A DNA stretch of 64,000 nucleotides from assembly GCA_951406725.2 (NCBI GenBank), contig OX597819.1:16616001-16680000 (forward strand), written 5' to 3'. Position 1 is the first letter of the stretch. Each line of letters opens with the position of its first letter. A program made the position numbers and the translations under genes. This DNA comes from Octopus vulgaris. Its lineage: Eukaryota. Positions 39,995 to 53,927 of the stretch are shown piece by piece. The notes beneath the pieces are model-generated. The model worked only from the letters and a program-made list of their open reading frames with translations. It was not told the DNA's origin and made no database searches.

Positions 39995-42187
39995 AGAGAT
40001 TTGGGCATGGGGGTTGTTTTATAGCAGAAGCTTCAAAAACTTTTAAGGCTAACTGATTACTACTTTAACACTATATGTCTATCTATTTCTCTATCTATCT
40101 AGATATCTGAGAGAAAGAGAAAGAGCTTACAACAACTACAACTACTACTACTGCTAATTTGACAGGGAGGACCAGCCAATCAGACAGAAACTGCCACTAG
40201 AAGGTCAGCTCAACTAGGAACTAAGAATATATACATATATGTGTATATACACTTATGCATATATGCGAAGTATATATGTATATATATATATTTACAGTCG
40301 ATGTGTATTACATATAGATATATACATATACATGTATATACACAGGCTCACATACACACACACATACATAATGTATATATATATACATATATACACTCAT
40401 AGAGGATTGAGTTAGCAACCTAAGTGTGTTTTTGTAGGGTTATAGAAAGATTTGTATATATACAAGTCTGTGTTTTTATATATATATATATATATATATA
40501 TAAACATGCCCGTGTACAGTTGTGTGAGTGTGTGTATGTGTCTGTGTGTTCATACCTGGACCTCTGCATCTTGGGTTTACTCTGAGATACTGTTACCAAA
40601 GTGTGGTGGTCATGGGGTGATAGAGAGAATTACGGAGAGGAGGAGGAAATTTGGCGAATGTATTGCCAAATAGTAACAGTAGTTTGGCAGCAGTAGTAGT
40701 AGTAGTAGTAGCAGTAGAAATAGACTCTGGTCACATATAATGGTCAAGTGACCCTTTCAGCTCCCAGACAGCTTGGAAGGGGTTTTATCTGAAAAGAAAT
40801 GTCCTTGGAGAGGTCAATATTTCGGAACTCGCAATTTCTAAGATCAATAGTTATCATTATCATTTTTATCATTATTCCCTATTTATTAATGTGTGTATAT
40901 ATATATATATATATCAGCTTGTCTATCTAATAGCCTGTCAGCATCTATTTATATCTAACTGCTGTTCTATTTACCTAATGATCTATCACTAAAATTAGCT
41001 ACCTGTTTGTCTGCATGTGTATATGTATAAGAAGGCCAGCTTTGCTCTGAATTTCATAGTATTATTAGCTAATAGGCAATGATTGACTTTCAGAAGGGAG
41101 CAATAAATGAAGAAATGAAGGTCCCCTCTAAGTTCCAGCAAGTTAAAGACCCCTGCGAATAATTTCATGATGTGAAGCAGATGAGATATAAATATACACC
41201 TGGCTAAGATGTTTGATCTCTGCAGATAATGTCACTTTCCTAAACTAAATTGGCATTTCTTGTTGCTGAATGTTAAGCAGAGCAAGGAAATGTCAAATAC
41301 ATTGCTCTGTCAGAAATGCAAATTTGAATACATGACTTCATTATGAAAATAGTCCAATACCCTATGCACTTAGCCATCCCCGCCCCCTGTTCCATACTTA
41401 TGCAGGTGACATCATAGTACTTCTGCCACTGAGGTACCTGGATTCTTTCTTTTTGTTTTCCACGTCTGTCTTGGACTTTATACATGCAGATATTTTCATG
41501 CCGATCTATGTCCTTATTCAGCCAGCCTCTCTTTGGTTACCCGCTTTTGCCTTCCAAAGAAGTGATCATGGTTGTATTTGCATGTAACCCAGTCACTTTA
41601 CTGACACGGTCAGCCCACTGTATTTGTTGTCTTATTGAGTGTTGAATTCTAACTTATTGGTTTGGTAATCCTTCCATGTTATGCCAAACATTCTGCAAAA
41701 GCATCTTACTTCAAATACAGTTAATCTTGTTTTGCACATGTCCAGTCTCACATTCACATAACACAACTGCATTTATCATATATTCTTATATTTGAAGCAT
41801 ATAGAAGTGCCATGGATTTTGACCTTATACCACATGAAATGGTCTTTAGAAGTGCAATGGTGTCAATGGGTGCATTGAAATACTGCATTAGTAAGAAAAA
41901 TATATGAATTGAAGCCCATTCAAAGCTATGTTGCAACAATGCATTTCATTTCCAAGCTACAGTCTTACAACAGTATGTCCCTTGTTTCCAAGCTTGAGTT
42001 ACATAACAATACATCCTTTGTTTCTTCAAGGCCATTCATTCAAGCTAGGAACACAAAATACACCTGTTGTTTTTAAGTGATAACAATCAGGCAATTACTG
42101 CAATTCTATTTAAGAAGCTCAATAAGCTCAGCCCAAGTTGTAATCTCAAGCCTCTTATGACAAGGTCCAGTTATGTACTTACATGCT

Positions 42188-42407
42188 CTAACCCTTTAAC
42201 ATTTAAACCAGTCATATCCAGCCCCAAATATTCAGCCGATTTTATGACTGGCCATATACAGCCTCTCACACCTACCCTATAAAGTCGTTCTAAAAATAAA
42301 TAATCATAGCATTGAAATCTAAAAGTTATGAAACAATGCATGGGTGATTCGAAACAATGCAAATAAGCATTACATTGGACAAAGTAATCTGAATGCTAAA
42401 GGGTTAA
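42188..42407. mobile_element. piggyBac-like MITE, second family (TIR CCCTTTAGCATT)
   Basis: ctaaccctttaacattt ... gaatgctaaagggttaa. Relatives at 55251-55478 and, reversed and partial, at about 33825-34020. Confidence 0.8.
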
Positions 42408-45400
42408 TGGAGTGTCAAGTGCGTCTTGTCTCACTGATTGATTACATTTTATTAGAAGAGATAAACAGTTTGACAATGGTGAAGCTGAACAAGAGTCAAT
42501 GAGGATGGCATTGCAATTTTAAGCTTGACAGAGTCATTAGAGCATCAAGAAAATGCTTCATAGCTTTTGTGCTGGTACTCTATGCTCTGGGTTAAAACCA
42601 TACATATGTCAACTTTGACTTACATCTTTCAGGGACTGATAAAGTACCTGTGAAATACAGGGCCCAATTTCCTCCCTCTCAGAATCAGCAATGAGTAAGT
42701 GCAAGATTGGTGCCACTCTTATTTTTTTATCTACAAAACCTCTCAAAACCTGTTTCCATGAAACTAGGTGTCTGGCAGAATCTGTGGGAAAAGGGGACCA
42801 ATGAGTAAGAAACAGATCTAGACATTTATTTCTTTTTATATTACAAGAAAATGTGTCTTTGACCCCACTTCTGAGTTTTCTAGACTTGTGGCAAGAGGTT
42901 ACTCTCATGTCAGACACCTGGCCACAATGTTTACAAGAGAGTAGACACCCATGGACCAGGTAGTGGTGCTAAACTCAGTATCCAGTGAAAATGGTCCCTT
43001 CAGCACTTTCTACATGGTTTTGGTACACCAAATTTCACTCATAAAACTTGGTTGGAAGGAGACATTTGAACAAGGTGTTGCATGGTGAGATTGAACCTGA
43101 AACGACTTAGCTGAATAGCAAACTGCTTAATCACACAACTTTGCTTCTGCCTATACCAAGAGTAGCTAATTCTCAATGGAGAATGAGATATTTTTCCTAC
43201 AGCATAAATTACCAGACGATTCATTCTGTATAGATGGCCACATAGTCATTGGTTCGAATTCCCACATCTGGATTTTGGTAACTACTCTTATGCAAAAGTT
43301 GTGGAACTTTCTGCTCAGTACTAAGGTTAGTAGTGTAGTTTACTATCACATAATGGAGATAATATGTAGTATAATATGTGAGTATAATATAACTAGTAAC
43401 TAAAATGTCTAATATATTATAGCTCATCTGCTTGATACCATGAAATCTCTGACCAGCAGTGTTTCCAATAGAAACAAGTGTAACTAGAAAACCCACAACG
43501 CTTTAAAGAAAGTACTCAAAAGAAGCCCTTGAAGGACCTTGTGACTGGACTGCTTGTTCTACTATAATTAGCAGGTAAATCTCTTTCAGACATCCAAAAC
43601 AACTATAGTACAAAACTGTCACAAACTAGGATAATACATAAAGCCGCGATAAGAGTCTTGAACTAGTTTATTAAGAACATTCAAATATTAAGCTAGTACA
43701 ATTATCACTAGTGCTACAACTACTACTAGTACAGGTAATAATAATAATAATAACAGTAGTAGTACTAGTAAACAGTGTCTTATTTTATACACTCACCAGT
43801 TTATGATTAATCAATTCAATTTGTTTGTATTTCTTATCTTTCCTTTGTTGATTTCTAACATCTAAATACTATATACACTCCTTAATAGATATAGATATGA
43901 ATATGGAATAAAAAGGTTATGTATATATAATGGTATAGATGTATTACAATATAAAATAAAAAGCAAATATCAAACAGCAAAAGAAATTTCAAAAAATTAA
44001 AATCAGAGATTCTATATTTACACACACACACACACACACAAAATATATACACACACACACACACACATACACACACACATATATAAATATACACACACAA
44101 TATATACATATGTATGATATATAGCATTGTATAATATATGTACATATAAAACATACATGCATACATTATATGATATGATATATAATATATATATATATAT
44201 ATATATACTATATATATTACATAATATATAGTCATCATACTGTATGCTACATTATATATGTAAAACATGTGTATATAACACACAATATGATATAATCTAT
44301 TTATACAATCTATACGTAAAATAATATATACAGGATGATTACTTTTTTCCAAGTTTATCTTTCCAGTTTGAGAAAGTATAAAAAAACACAAATGAATTAA
44401 AATGACAAATCAAAAATAAAAACCAAATACAAAAAATAGCTTAAAACTACAACAACAAAAACATTAGCAACAAAAATAAGCCAAAAGAAGAGAGAATGGG
44501 TTAAGTTATTGTAGAAGTGGATTTGTTATAAAAGTGAAAGAGGGCATCCATATGAAATGATAGGGTCTGCTGGGATTTGAACACGCATAGCTTTAAGCAG
44601 AATATATTCAACAGTTTCAGTTATTGAATTTTATGCATTAATAATTTCTAACATGGTCACAAAGTTTTTGGTTTTTTCAGAAAGCATTTAAACAAATAAT
44701 TAACAGGTACTTCGTTTCATTAAACCTTGACGGATGAAACAGCAAATTGACTGCAATGTAATTTGAACTCAGATACTGTGGTATGAAACTAATCTCCTCT
44801 AGCTGATGCTCTAGTGATCCTGTCAATATAAGAAGAGTCAGTCTATTTGATGGACTTTAGTACTTCACTGCTACTTTATCATATTGATGAATGAAAGACA
44901 AAGTTGACCTTGGTGTGATTTGAAATCAGACTGCAAAGATCCAGAAACCCTATGCAGTAATGATTGTTTCTAATTTAGGGTATAAAAGCCAGCAATTTTC
45001 AGTGGAAGGGGCTGTTAGTTGATTACATTGACCTCAGTATTAACCTGGTACTTTGTTTTATTGACCCAAGAGGGATGAAAACAATGTTGAACTTGAGAAT
45101 TGAATCCAGAAAGTAAAGTGATGAAGCAAATACCACAAAGCATTTTTGGGGTGCTCTACCAATTTTGCCAGTCTATTGCCATTGCAATAATGATTTCTTT
45201 TATAATGATAATGATTTTGATAAGGATTATTTTTAGCTTTGGCATAAAGCCATGTATTTTTAAGGGAGGGTGATGGTCAATCTTATCAAATCCTATACTT
45301 GAATGGTATATAATCCTTGGAAAGATTAAATATGAAAAGTCAGCCTTGATGGGATATGAATTGAGGACGTACAGAAACATAACTAAATACCACATGGCAT

Positions 45401-46212
45401 TTCAATCAATACTCTTCTCATTCAGCCAGTTACTGTATTTAAAGATATAAAGAGCCAAACTCCCGTGTGTATCTGCGTGCACACACATACACACACACAC
45501 ACCAACTGACAAAATATCTTTAAAGATGTATATTTGTAACTTCTATATTTTAAGAACATGTATATTTTTTCAGAATTTCAAAAAGACATATATAAAAAAA
45601 ATTAAACTGGAAAATACTAGAACTTGTTGTAAGGGGAAGAAGGTAAAGAAAGTAGGGTGGGGAAAGAGAGAAAAGTAGAGAGGGAGTAAATAAAGAGAAT
45701 GAGTATGAATATTAGAGGGAGGGAAAGAGAAAGATTATACAATGCCTTTAGGCATCTTGTGTGATGCAGAAATATTTGCATACAAGTACACAGATAAAAA
45801 CACTATTATACACACTCACAGACACACAAAAGGACATGTACACATGCATATGTGTATGCATACATCTGCTTATATATATTATGGCTTTGTCATATGACAA
45901 GGGCAGTAAACATGCCATAGGGCATTTTAGACTGGCAGCAGGGATGCAAATTATCATCACAACAAGCTGACCTTGATACATACAACAAAAGTGAACTCTG
46001 CTGAAGTTATCCAAGAACCAAATCATGGATTGAGTTGATCAACCAAAAACAGGTGTAGGCCACCCAACAGGCTTCCATTTGCACAAACTGCCATGCGCTG
46101 GGATTGAACATGGAAGCATAGATGTGAAGTAATTCTTTTTTTTTTCTAGAGATGGTAGAGTAAAGGTGAAAATTAGTTATTCTATTGCACGGTTTTAATC
46201 TTTAAATAGAGA

Positions 46213-46555
46213 CATCATCATCATCATCGTTTAACATCCATTTTCCATGCCAGCGCGGATTGGACGGTTCGACCGGGGTCTGGGAAGCCAGGAGGCTGCA
46301 CCAGGCTCTAGTCTGATCTGGCAGTGTTTCTACAGCTGGATGCCCTTTCTAATGCCAACCACTCTGCAAGTGTAGTAGGTGCTTTTTACGTGCCACTGGC
46401 ACAGAAGCCAGTTGTGGCGGTGCTGGCATTGGCCACGTTCGGGTGGTGCTTTTCTACGTGCCACTGGCACAGGTATCACAAATACAATATCCATTTGATA
46501 TTTATTTTGATGTTGATGTACTTGACTCAATAGGTCTCCTCAAGCATAGCAGGTC
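46213..46555 (-). mobile_element. SINE family C copy ((GAT)n tail; GGTTGGCATTAGAAAGGGCATCCAGCTGTAG domain)
   Basis: catcatcatcgtttaacatccattttccatgc...gctggatgccctttctaatgccaaccactc...gtgccactggcac. Related copies at about 17655, 19405, 20106, 35730, 37733, 50270, 52050, 60030 and 63118. Confidence 0.85.
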
Positions 46556-49500
46556 ATGTGTCACCTTCTTAAACAAGAATGTTGTTGACAGTAACTTCGA
46601 AGTTTCGGTCAGGAAGTGATAAAAAGGTAGTCAGGGTGTTTTGTCTTGACTTGCTATAAAGTTAATTCTTATTGGGTCAAAGATGTTATGGGCAAATTAT
46701 TGAACTGATCCCCTTATCCACCTAGTATAAGTACTCCATTTTAATATTCTCTTTTCCATGCTTACAAGGGTCAGACAGAATTCACTGGAGTGCATTTTCT
46801 ACGGCTGGATGTACTTCCTGTTGCTAACCTTTATCTGTTTTCAAGCAAGGTAATATTTCGTCATGGACAGACATATTTTCATGAAAGGTCGGAAACAAAT
46901 AACACTGAAGTAACGCTCTTTACAATTATCATGTAGTTTTAAGACAAAGACAAACACACACACACTTCTTTCAAGTTTTGCCCACCAAATCCACTTGCAA
47001 GGCCTTGTTTGACTGGGGTCTATAATAGAGAATACTTGTCCCAAATGCTATGCAGTGGGACTGAATCCGAAACCGTTATGGTTGGATAGCAAACCTCTTA
47101 ACCACAAGGCCATGGGAACAATAAGTAGATGGTGGGGAGAGAGAGTAAGAAAAAGGGGGTAGAGAGAGAGATTGGTTGAAGGGGAAAAAGAAAGATACAC
47201 AAATGCACAAGCACACATACAGGAGGTGGAGGGAGAGATAATTCATTGGCCTCAGGCATCATGTCTGGTGCTGTAGCAATTTTGCTCTGACAAACTTGCT
47301 GCTTGAAGGTAGTTTAATATTAGTTCTTGTAAGGGATAACAAAATTGGGAAAGATGGCGGAAAAGAGGGCAAAACTAGGTTAACTCATTATCACATTCAT
47401 CTCTATTACTATTGCCACCATCACCACATCACCCTCACTACCATCCTTTCCACAATCATGATCACCACCATAATCAATCTCAATATGAGAAGATAAGACA
47501 TTAACACGAGTGGAATGTGCTGGGAAAAGGCAGCAATCTCCTTGATCTTCATTGCCATTAGTTCCTGCCTACCAACCATACACAAATCCTTCCTTGGGTG
47601 ATGGGAAAGATGGTGGTGGAGATGGTGGTGGTAGTAGTAGTAGTGATGACAGTCATGATGATGGTGCTGTTTGTAGCAGTGGTGGTGGTGGTAATGTTGA
47701 TGAAGCCGGGGACTGGTGATGGTGGTGGCGATGATGGTGTGGATAATGCTGGTGCTGGAGGTAATGGTGGTAATAGTGCTGCTGCTGGCCGCCCACAATA
47801 CTGAAGGTGGTGATGATGGAAGTCATGGATGTGTGTGTGTGTGTGTGTGTGTTCAGTGGGCTGGAATCATTGTTCTGCCTTCTCCCTGTCCCTGAGTCCA
47901 TCTCCACCACCACCACCACTTTTTGTCAAGCAACTCATTTCTCCCAATTTATTTTGCTCTTACTGTTATACTACAACACATACAAGCATTATTTCCAGCT
48001 ACACTACACAACAGCCACCTGTACTACCACAGTTCCTACCACCACTACTGCCCCAATCCCAGTTGTATCCCAACTTACCACTACCAATTATCAGGTATAT
48101 TAACAGCACTACTACCTAAACTGCAACCAACCAATAAAGTTAGCTTCTATGCAGTTATTTGATCTACAACAGCAATTAAATCTCACTCAAATCATAAATA
48201 AAAGAATGACACACAGGATAGGAAACTGCAGGATGGTTAAGTCACACCACAGGCCACTTAACTAGAGCTAACCCAGGGCTAAACAGCACCTCAACTATTG
48301 TGTGCAGGTGCACCCAGGGCATGTGATTAAATCCACATTACCTTATTTTCCTTTAGTGCATGTTTCAGTATGGAAGATGGCTGTTGATGATGATCATAAT
48401 GAAACAGTACTAATATTTTTATCATTGTATACAAACACACATCACATCTTGGCCTTTTGTCAAAAGATCAAAGTGTATTATTATTGCATACACATTACTT
48501 TCATTACAATAAAGCTTTAAGTCTGTTAACATAGTATACTTTCATTAAAGCTACTGAATTTCTGCAGTCCTAAACTTTCTTTCTTTTTGTGTTTCATTAT
48601 TGGAAATATAGAATGTTACCATTTTGTAATATACCAATAATTTCAAAAGCTTTTATTACAAAAAAGTATTAAGCAGACTTCCATATATTAACATCATGTA
48701 AATTATTGCCAAATATACTGAATTCGTTCTTTCTAAACAAGTCTCACCACATAAATTCATATAAATTGCTTGAGACTAAGAACAGACTTTTTAATAGTCA
48801 TGTGAGAGGGATGATATCTATAAAAATGCTGGTTGATTGGTGTAATTTGATGAGGCTATATATGGCATGTAGGAATTCCATTTAATATATTACTACTAAC
48901 TTCAAAAAAGTCAAATAAAAATTCAAAGTTATTCAGTAATGTAGCAAATAAATTCAAAAAAATGTAAAAATGTTGTTGAAATCATGAAACAAAAGAGTTC
49001 TCAGCAGTGATATTTCCAATAATGAGACTGAATAACAGAAAAGAAATTAAAACTACGAAAAGTCAATAGAACCCAAAAACCAATACCTTATAAACATCAA
49101 GTGTTTGCTTCATAATACTTAGTAAATATTAATTTTTAATACATTTTAGAATTTACTGCTCCATACAAAGTGATATCTTCCATCAAAGTAGACAGGTTTC
49201 ATTTAAAACTAAAGATACGTCTCACTAAACATTAATTTATGTCACATACATGCATACAATATATACACACACATACACCATAAGAGGTAAAAGAAAAAAA
49301 GCACACTGAAAAGAGATGGTTTCAGTAAAAGTCATAAATAATCGTGAAATTGTGCATATTTTATATCACCAACTGATGCAAAGTAAACTTTATTCATTGC
49401 TGATTCCCACCACACTTGGAATTCTGTAGCTTTATATTTATTTTATTATCATTATTATTAGTTTTGTAGCAGGTGTTGCAGGCCTTAATTATATTTTGGC

Positions 49501-49814
49501 TTAAGTAATCTATTTCTGTGAACTTGACAAAAATCAACATAGATTTTATTGTAAAAAATTCATAAACCCTGTTTTTAGCATTTTCCTTTAGTTTTGTAGG
49601 TTCATTGACTTTCCTCAAAATTCCTTGTACTACAATGTATGCATTAAGGAAAATTACAAAGAATAAACTTGTGCATGTTATCATTTAGTAGAAGTATATA
49701 TTTGAATAGTTTCTATTTGCATCCACAATTAAAAATTAATCATCCAAAAATTTTAAAGCAATACAGATAATAGTGGGGGATATTTTTGTCCTTTTTCGGT
49801 TCTGGGTATTCAGT

Positions 49815-50090
49815 TCACAATAAGGCCATGAGTTCAATACCTGGTAGTATTGAGCAAGGCATTTTGTTTTACATCACTCCAGTCTACTAAGCTTGCAAAA
49901 GCAAGTAGTACCAGTATTTCAAAGGGCCAGCCTTGTCACTTTGTGTCAAGCTGAATCTTCCAAAAACTACATTACGGGTATGCATGCCTGTGGAGTGCTC
50001 AGCCACTTGTATGGTAATTTCACAACAAGCAGGCTGTTTCATTGATTGGATCAACTAGAACCCTTATTGTAGTAACTGATGGTGTGCCAG
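49815..50090 (+). mobile_element. SINE-like family E copy
   Basis: B-box-like gagttcaatacc, then gagcaaggcatt, then gggccagccttgtcac...gtggagtgctcagccacttg...gtaactgatggtgtgcca. Degenerate reverse copy at about 13600-13760. Confidence 0.65.
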
Positions 50091-50485
50091 TTGTCTATCT
50101 TTGAAGGTCTACTAATGTAAACAGAATAAGAAAGAGTCTATTTGTATATGTGTGTGTGTGCGGTCCAGCTGAATGGTGGAGGGGAGTTAGAGGGTAATAA
50201 AGAAAATTGACAAGGGAGAGAGAAAAAGACTCAGTGGGAGAATAAAGAAAAAAGAAAAGGCAGACTAAAAGCTCAATCTGATCTGGCAAAATTTCTACAG
50301 CTGGATGCCATTCCTAATGCCAACCACTCAGAGTGTAGTGGGTGCTTTTACGTGCCACCGGCACAAGGGCCAGTCAGGCTGTTCTGGCAACGACCACGCT
50401 CAAAAGGTGTTTTTTACGTGCAACCTGCACGGGAGCCAGTCCAGTGGCACTGGCAACGATCGCGCTCGAATGTTGTGTATATGTA

Positions 50486-50865
50486 TATATGTATAGTTTA
50501 GGACAATCAGTAAGTTGTCATAACAGTACTCAGCATTTCAAATGCTGGAGCTAAGAGCTACGATGCATTCTCATTGGCTATTAATGGCAATAGACGCTAT
50601 AAAAGGGAAGTTACTCTAATAGGTAGGAAAAATATAAAAGATAAAAAATACACACAACCATATTCTCACAACACAGACATAAAACCTGTGTTCATAACGT
50701 ACACACTCACACAAACATGTATATGTACATGTCCATAAACATACAAACATATATGCATCTAATGCCATTAATAGCCGATGAGAATGCATCATAGCTCTTT
50801 AGCTCCGGCATTTGAAACTCAGTACTATTATGACAACTTACTGATTGTCCTAAGCTCTACATATA
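50486..50865. mobile_element. Inverted repeat (~110-bp arms, ~157-bp spacer) whose arms each contain a degenerate type I hammerhead motif; Penelope-like
   Basis: 50486-50597 is the reverse complement of 50755-50865; right arm TAATAG-CCGATGA-GAATGC...GCATTT-GAAAC-TCA-GTA-CTATTA. Confidence 0.75.
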
Positions 50866-53530
50866 TATAAATATCCTCTATTTACCTAATATCAAGGTCT
50901 CATTCTTTCGTTGTTACATTATTATTATTATTATTATAATAATATATCAATAGATAGATGTGCATACATATTTGTTCATAAGACATACTTGAAAAACATA
51001 TATTTATATGTAAAAGGAAAATCATTGAAATTGTGTTAATGTGATGTGTCACTTGAATATTAAATTAAAGCACAAAATGAGACTTTCTCTTCAAATTAAT
51101 TTTCTCCATCTATATAGAACAGGTAATAGTGAGTAAGTGTGTGTGTATGTGTGAATGGAAAGTAAATTTGAAGACAGAAAGACCTGCATTAATGTATGTC
51201 TGCAAAAATACGCTTGCACATATTGATGTAATGTATGTTATTGACTAATCATGTCTGCATAAACACACGCATGTGTATGTATCCAGATAGTTAGGGATGG
51301 GAGGAGAGTAGAGACAAACATGTTTGTGAGGAGAGACTATAATGATGTCAGCCAAAACCCAACCCTTACACTAAACCACATGCACAAGCACCTCCTGTTC
51401 ACCCCATCTTCCATACTTTCTGCTAAGTCATTGAAATGAATCCCCTACTGTGAGGTGAACTTGAACCAGCTTCTTCCTGTCTACAAGGAAGTCTGATTGG
51501 ATACCTTATTGATTCAGCTACAGTGATATTAGGAAATTGTTACCATCATCATCATCACTACCACCATCATCATCATCATCATCACCACCATCATCATCAC
51601 AATATTCCACCACCATTATCATCATCACAATGTTACTGCACTATCTAAACACCATCATCACTATCATTATCATAAAACTATAAGTCACTACCACCACAAT
51701 ATCTCACTACCATCATCACCATCCATTCAATGCACCCCTCCTCACCACATCTCTAATGTTTACTACATTAACTCAGGGTATCAAGGGAGCCTCCAAACAG
51801 TCATTCGATTTCCTTTGACTTCCCTCGAAGCAGTTGTCATAATCTTCTTGAAATCTTACTCTACAATCTTAGAAAATGAGACACATAAATAACATAGACC
51901 CAAGTTGTATCCAAAAAAAAAAAAAAAAAAGAAAGAAAAGGTCATGGGTGGAATATTTTTGGTCGTAGGTCTGACCTTGTACAAATGTTCTAGTGTACAA
52001 ATATATATATTTTCTGGTATATTTATATAACTAAACTAATCATTTTAACACCCACTTTTTTCATACTTGCATGTATCAGATGGAATTTATTGAGGCAGAT
52101 TTTCTTCAGCTGGATGCCCTCTCTGTCACCAACCCTTAGCTGTTTCCAAGAAAGGTGATATTTCTCCATGGCTAGACATGGATAATGAGAATGAATAACA
52201 TTCATTTACAATAACCATGCATTGTCAAGGAGACATAAACACACACACACATCTTTGAACTGACTGATGATCAAAGGCAACCCATTTGTGAGCATCCAGT
52301 CTTTTTTATGAGCCTGTAAGAATATTATAGGCACATAGAATTAAACCATTGGATCATAATTTATGTTGGGAGTCGTGTGAAGATGGTGGTGGCTGTGCTG
52401 TAACAGTAGTAGTATTGTTCATGGTTATAATGGGGAGGGGTTATAATTGTAATTGTTATAGTAGTTGTAAAGGTGATGGTAGGAGTAGTGGTAGTAGTTT
52501 AGTGGTAATATGTTGTAGTAACCCAATAGTGTGAAGGTTTGTTGTCCCAAGAGGTGGCAGTTGAACTGGCTGCAGTAGGAGATTGGTCAGCCATGAGTAG
52601 TGGTAATTACCACTGTTACACACACAGGCCAAGGGTAAAGGAAGAGCGTTGTGGGGTTACCATGGCAGTAGTGAAAATAATGACGATGATGCATGTGTTG
52701 CAGCCAGATATGCTTTAAACACCGCTTTTGTTGAAACACTAGCTTTCATATGGCTAGAAGTAGGGAACCCATCCTATACCCCTGCTACACATATATAGCT
52801 AGTGGCAGAGAACCCATTCTTCACTCCTGCAATACACACCTTATAATTGGAGAACATGAACAGACAAAATGCAAGCATGTACACACGCAATAGTAAAACA
52901 GTTGCGAATATATACATAAATTATGAGTGTGAAAATGTGTATACATTTGGCTTAGGGTATTGGCGTTAATGACATACACTCTGTCCATGACCACAAGGTG
53001 CCCAAAGCCAGCTAAATATAACAGCCAGATCTCACTCTAAATCTCACCCTATCATTTTAGAAAGGGAAGGCTACATGTGTGTTCCAGATAATTCAATGAT
53101 GAGTACACTGTATTTTAAACAGGCAGGATGGTCACATCTGGGACACCCTTCATCAAACATCTGCTGGGTCAAATTTGACCTGGGATTAAATAACAACTGA
53201 GACATTGTACTGACGTCAGCTGGAGCCATTGCTCATTTATCTACAGTTAACATAGAATACAGACATTACCAGACACACCTGGCTAATCCAAACACAAAGA
53301 CACACGCACACACACACACAGATAGACAAACCATGCAATGTTTTAATAAATTCATAAAGCACAGTTAGAAAAAAATAAGACTCGACCATCTTCCATTTAA
53401 GACAAAAGGAGAGGGGTGATCAAACCAATGAGAGAACAGCTATATGGTCACATGATATGCAAAGAATAGCAAATAAAGCTTCCAATAGTATTTCTTGTTA
53501 ATCCTCATTATAACACTGTGTGTGTGTATA

Positions 53531-53927
53531 TACTCTTTTACTTGTTTCAGTCATTTGACTGCAGCCATGCTGGAGCACTGCCTTTAATTGAGCAACTCGA
53601 CCCCGGGACTTATTCTTTTGTAAGCCCAGTACTTATTCTATCGGTCTCTTTTGCCGAACCGCTAAGTAACGGGGACATAAACACACCAGCATCGGTTGTC
53701 AAGCAATGCTGGGGGGGGGGGCAAACACAGACACACAAACGTATATATATATACATATATATACGACAGGCTTCTTTCATGTTCCGTCTACCAAATCCAC
53801 TCACAAGGCTTTGGTCGGCCCGAGGCTATAGTAGAAGACACTTGCCCAAGGTGCCACGCAGTGGGACTGAACCCGGAACCATGTGGTTGGTAAACAAGCT
53901 ACTTACCACACAGCCACTCCTGCGCCT
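53531..53927 (-). mobile_element. Young tRNA-derived SINE family B copy with an internal (TA)n
   Basis: Minus-strand head AGGCGCAGGAGTGGCTGTGTGGTAAG...GGTTCAGTCCCACTGCGTGGCACCTTGGGCAAGTGTCTTC (A/B boxes followed by a CORE-like ACCTTGGGCAAGT); CpGs retained; inserted in TA repeats. Confidence 0.92.

Noticed and set aside
43882-44391. 169-aa hydrophobic ORF
   Set aside because: Translation of a TA/CA microsatellite field.
47421-48162. His-, Thr- and Val-rich ORFs
   Set aside because: Trinucleotide low complexity open in several frames on both strands; no convincing splice signals in the Musashi frame.
53860-53927. tRNA-like A/B box sequence
   Set aside because: It is the head of a SINE, continues into the SINE body and lacks a full cloverleaf.
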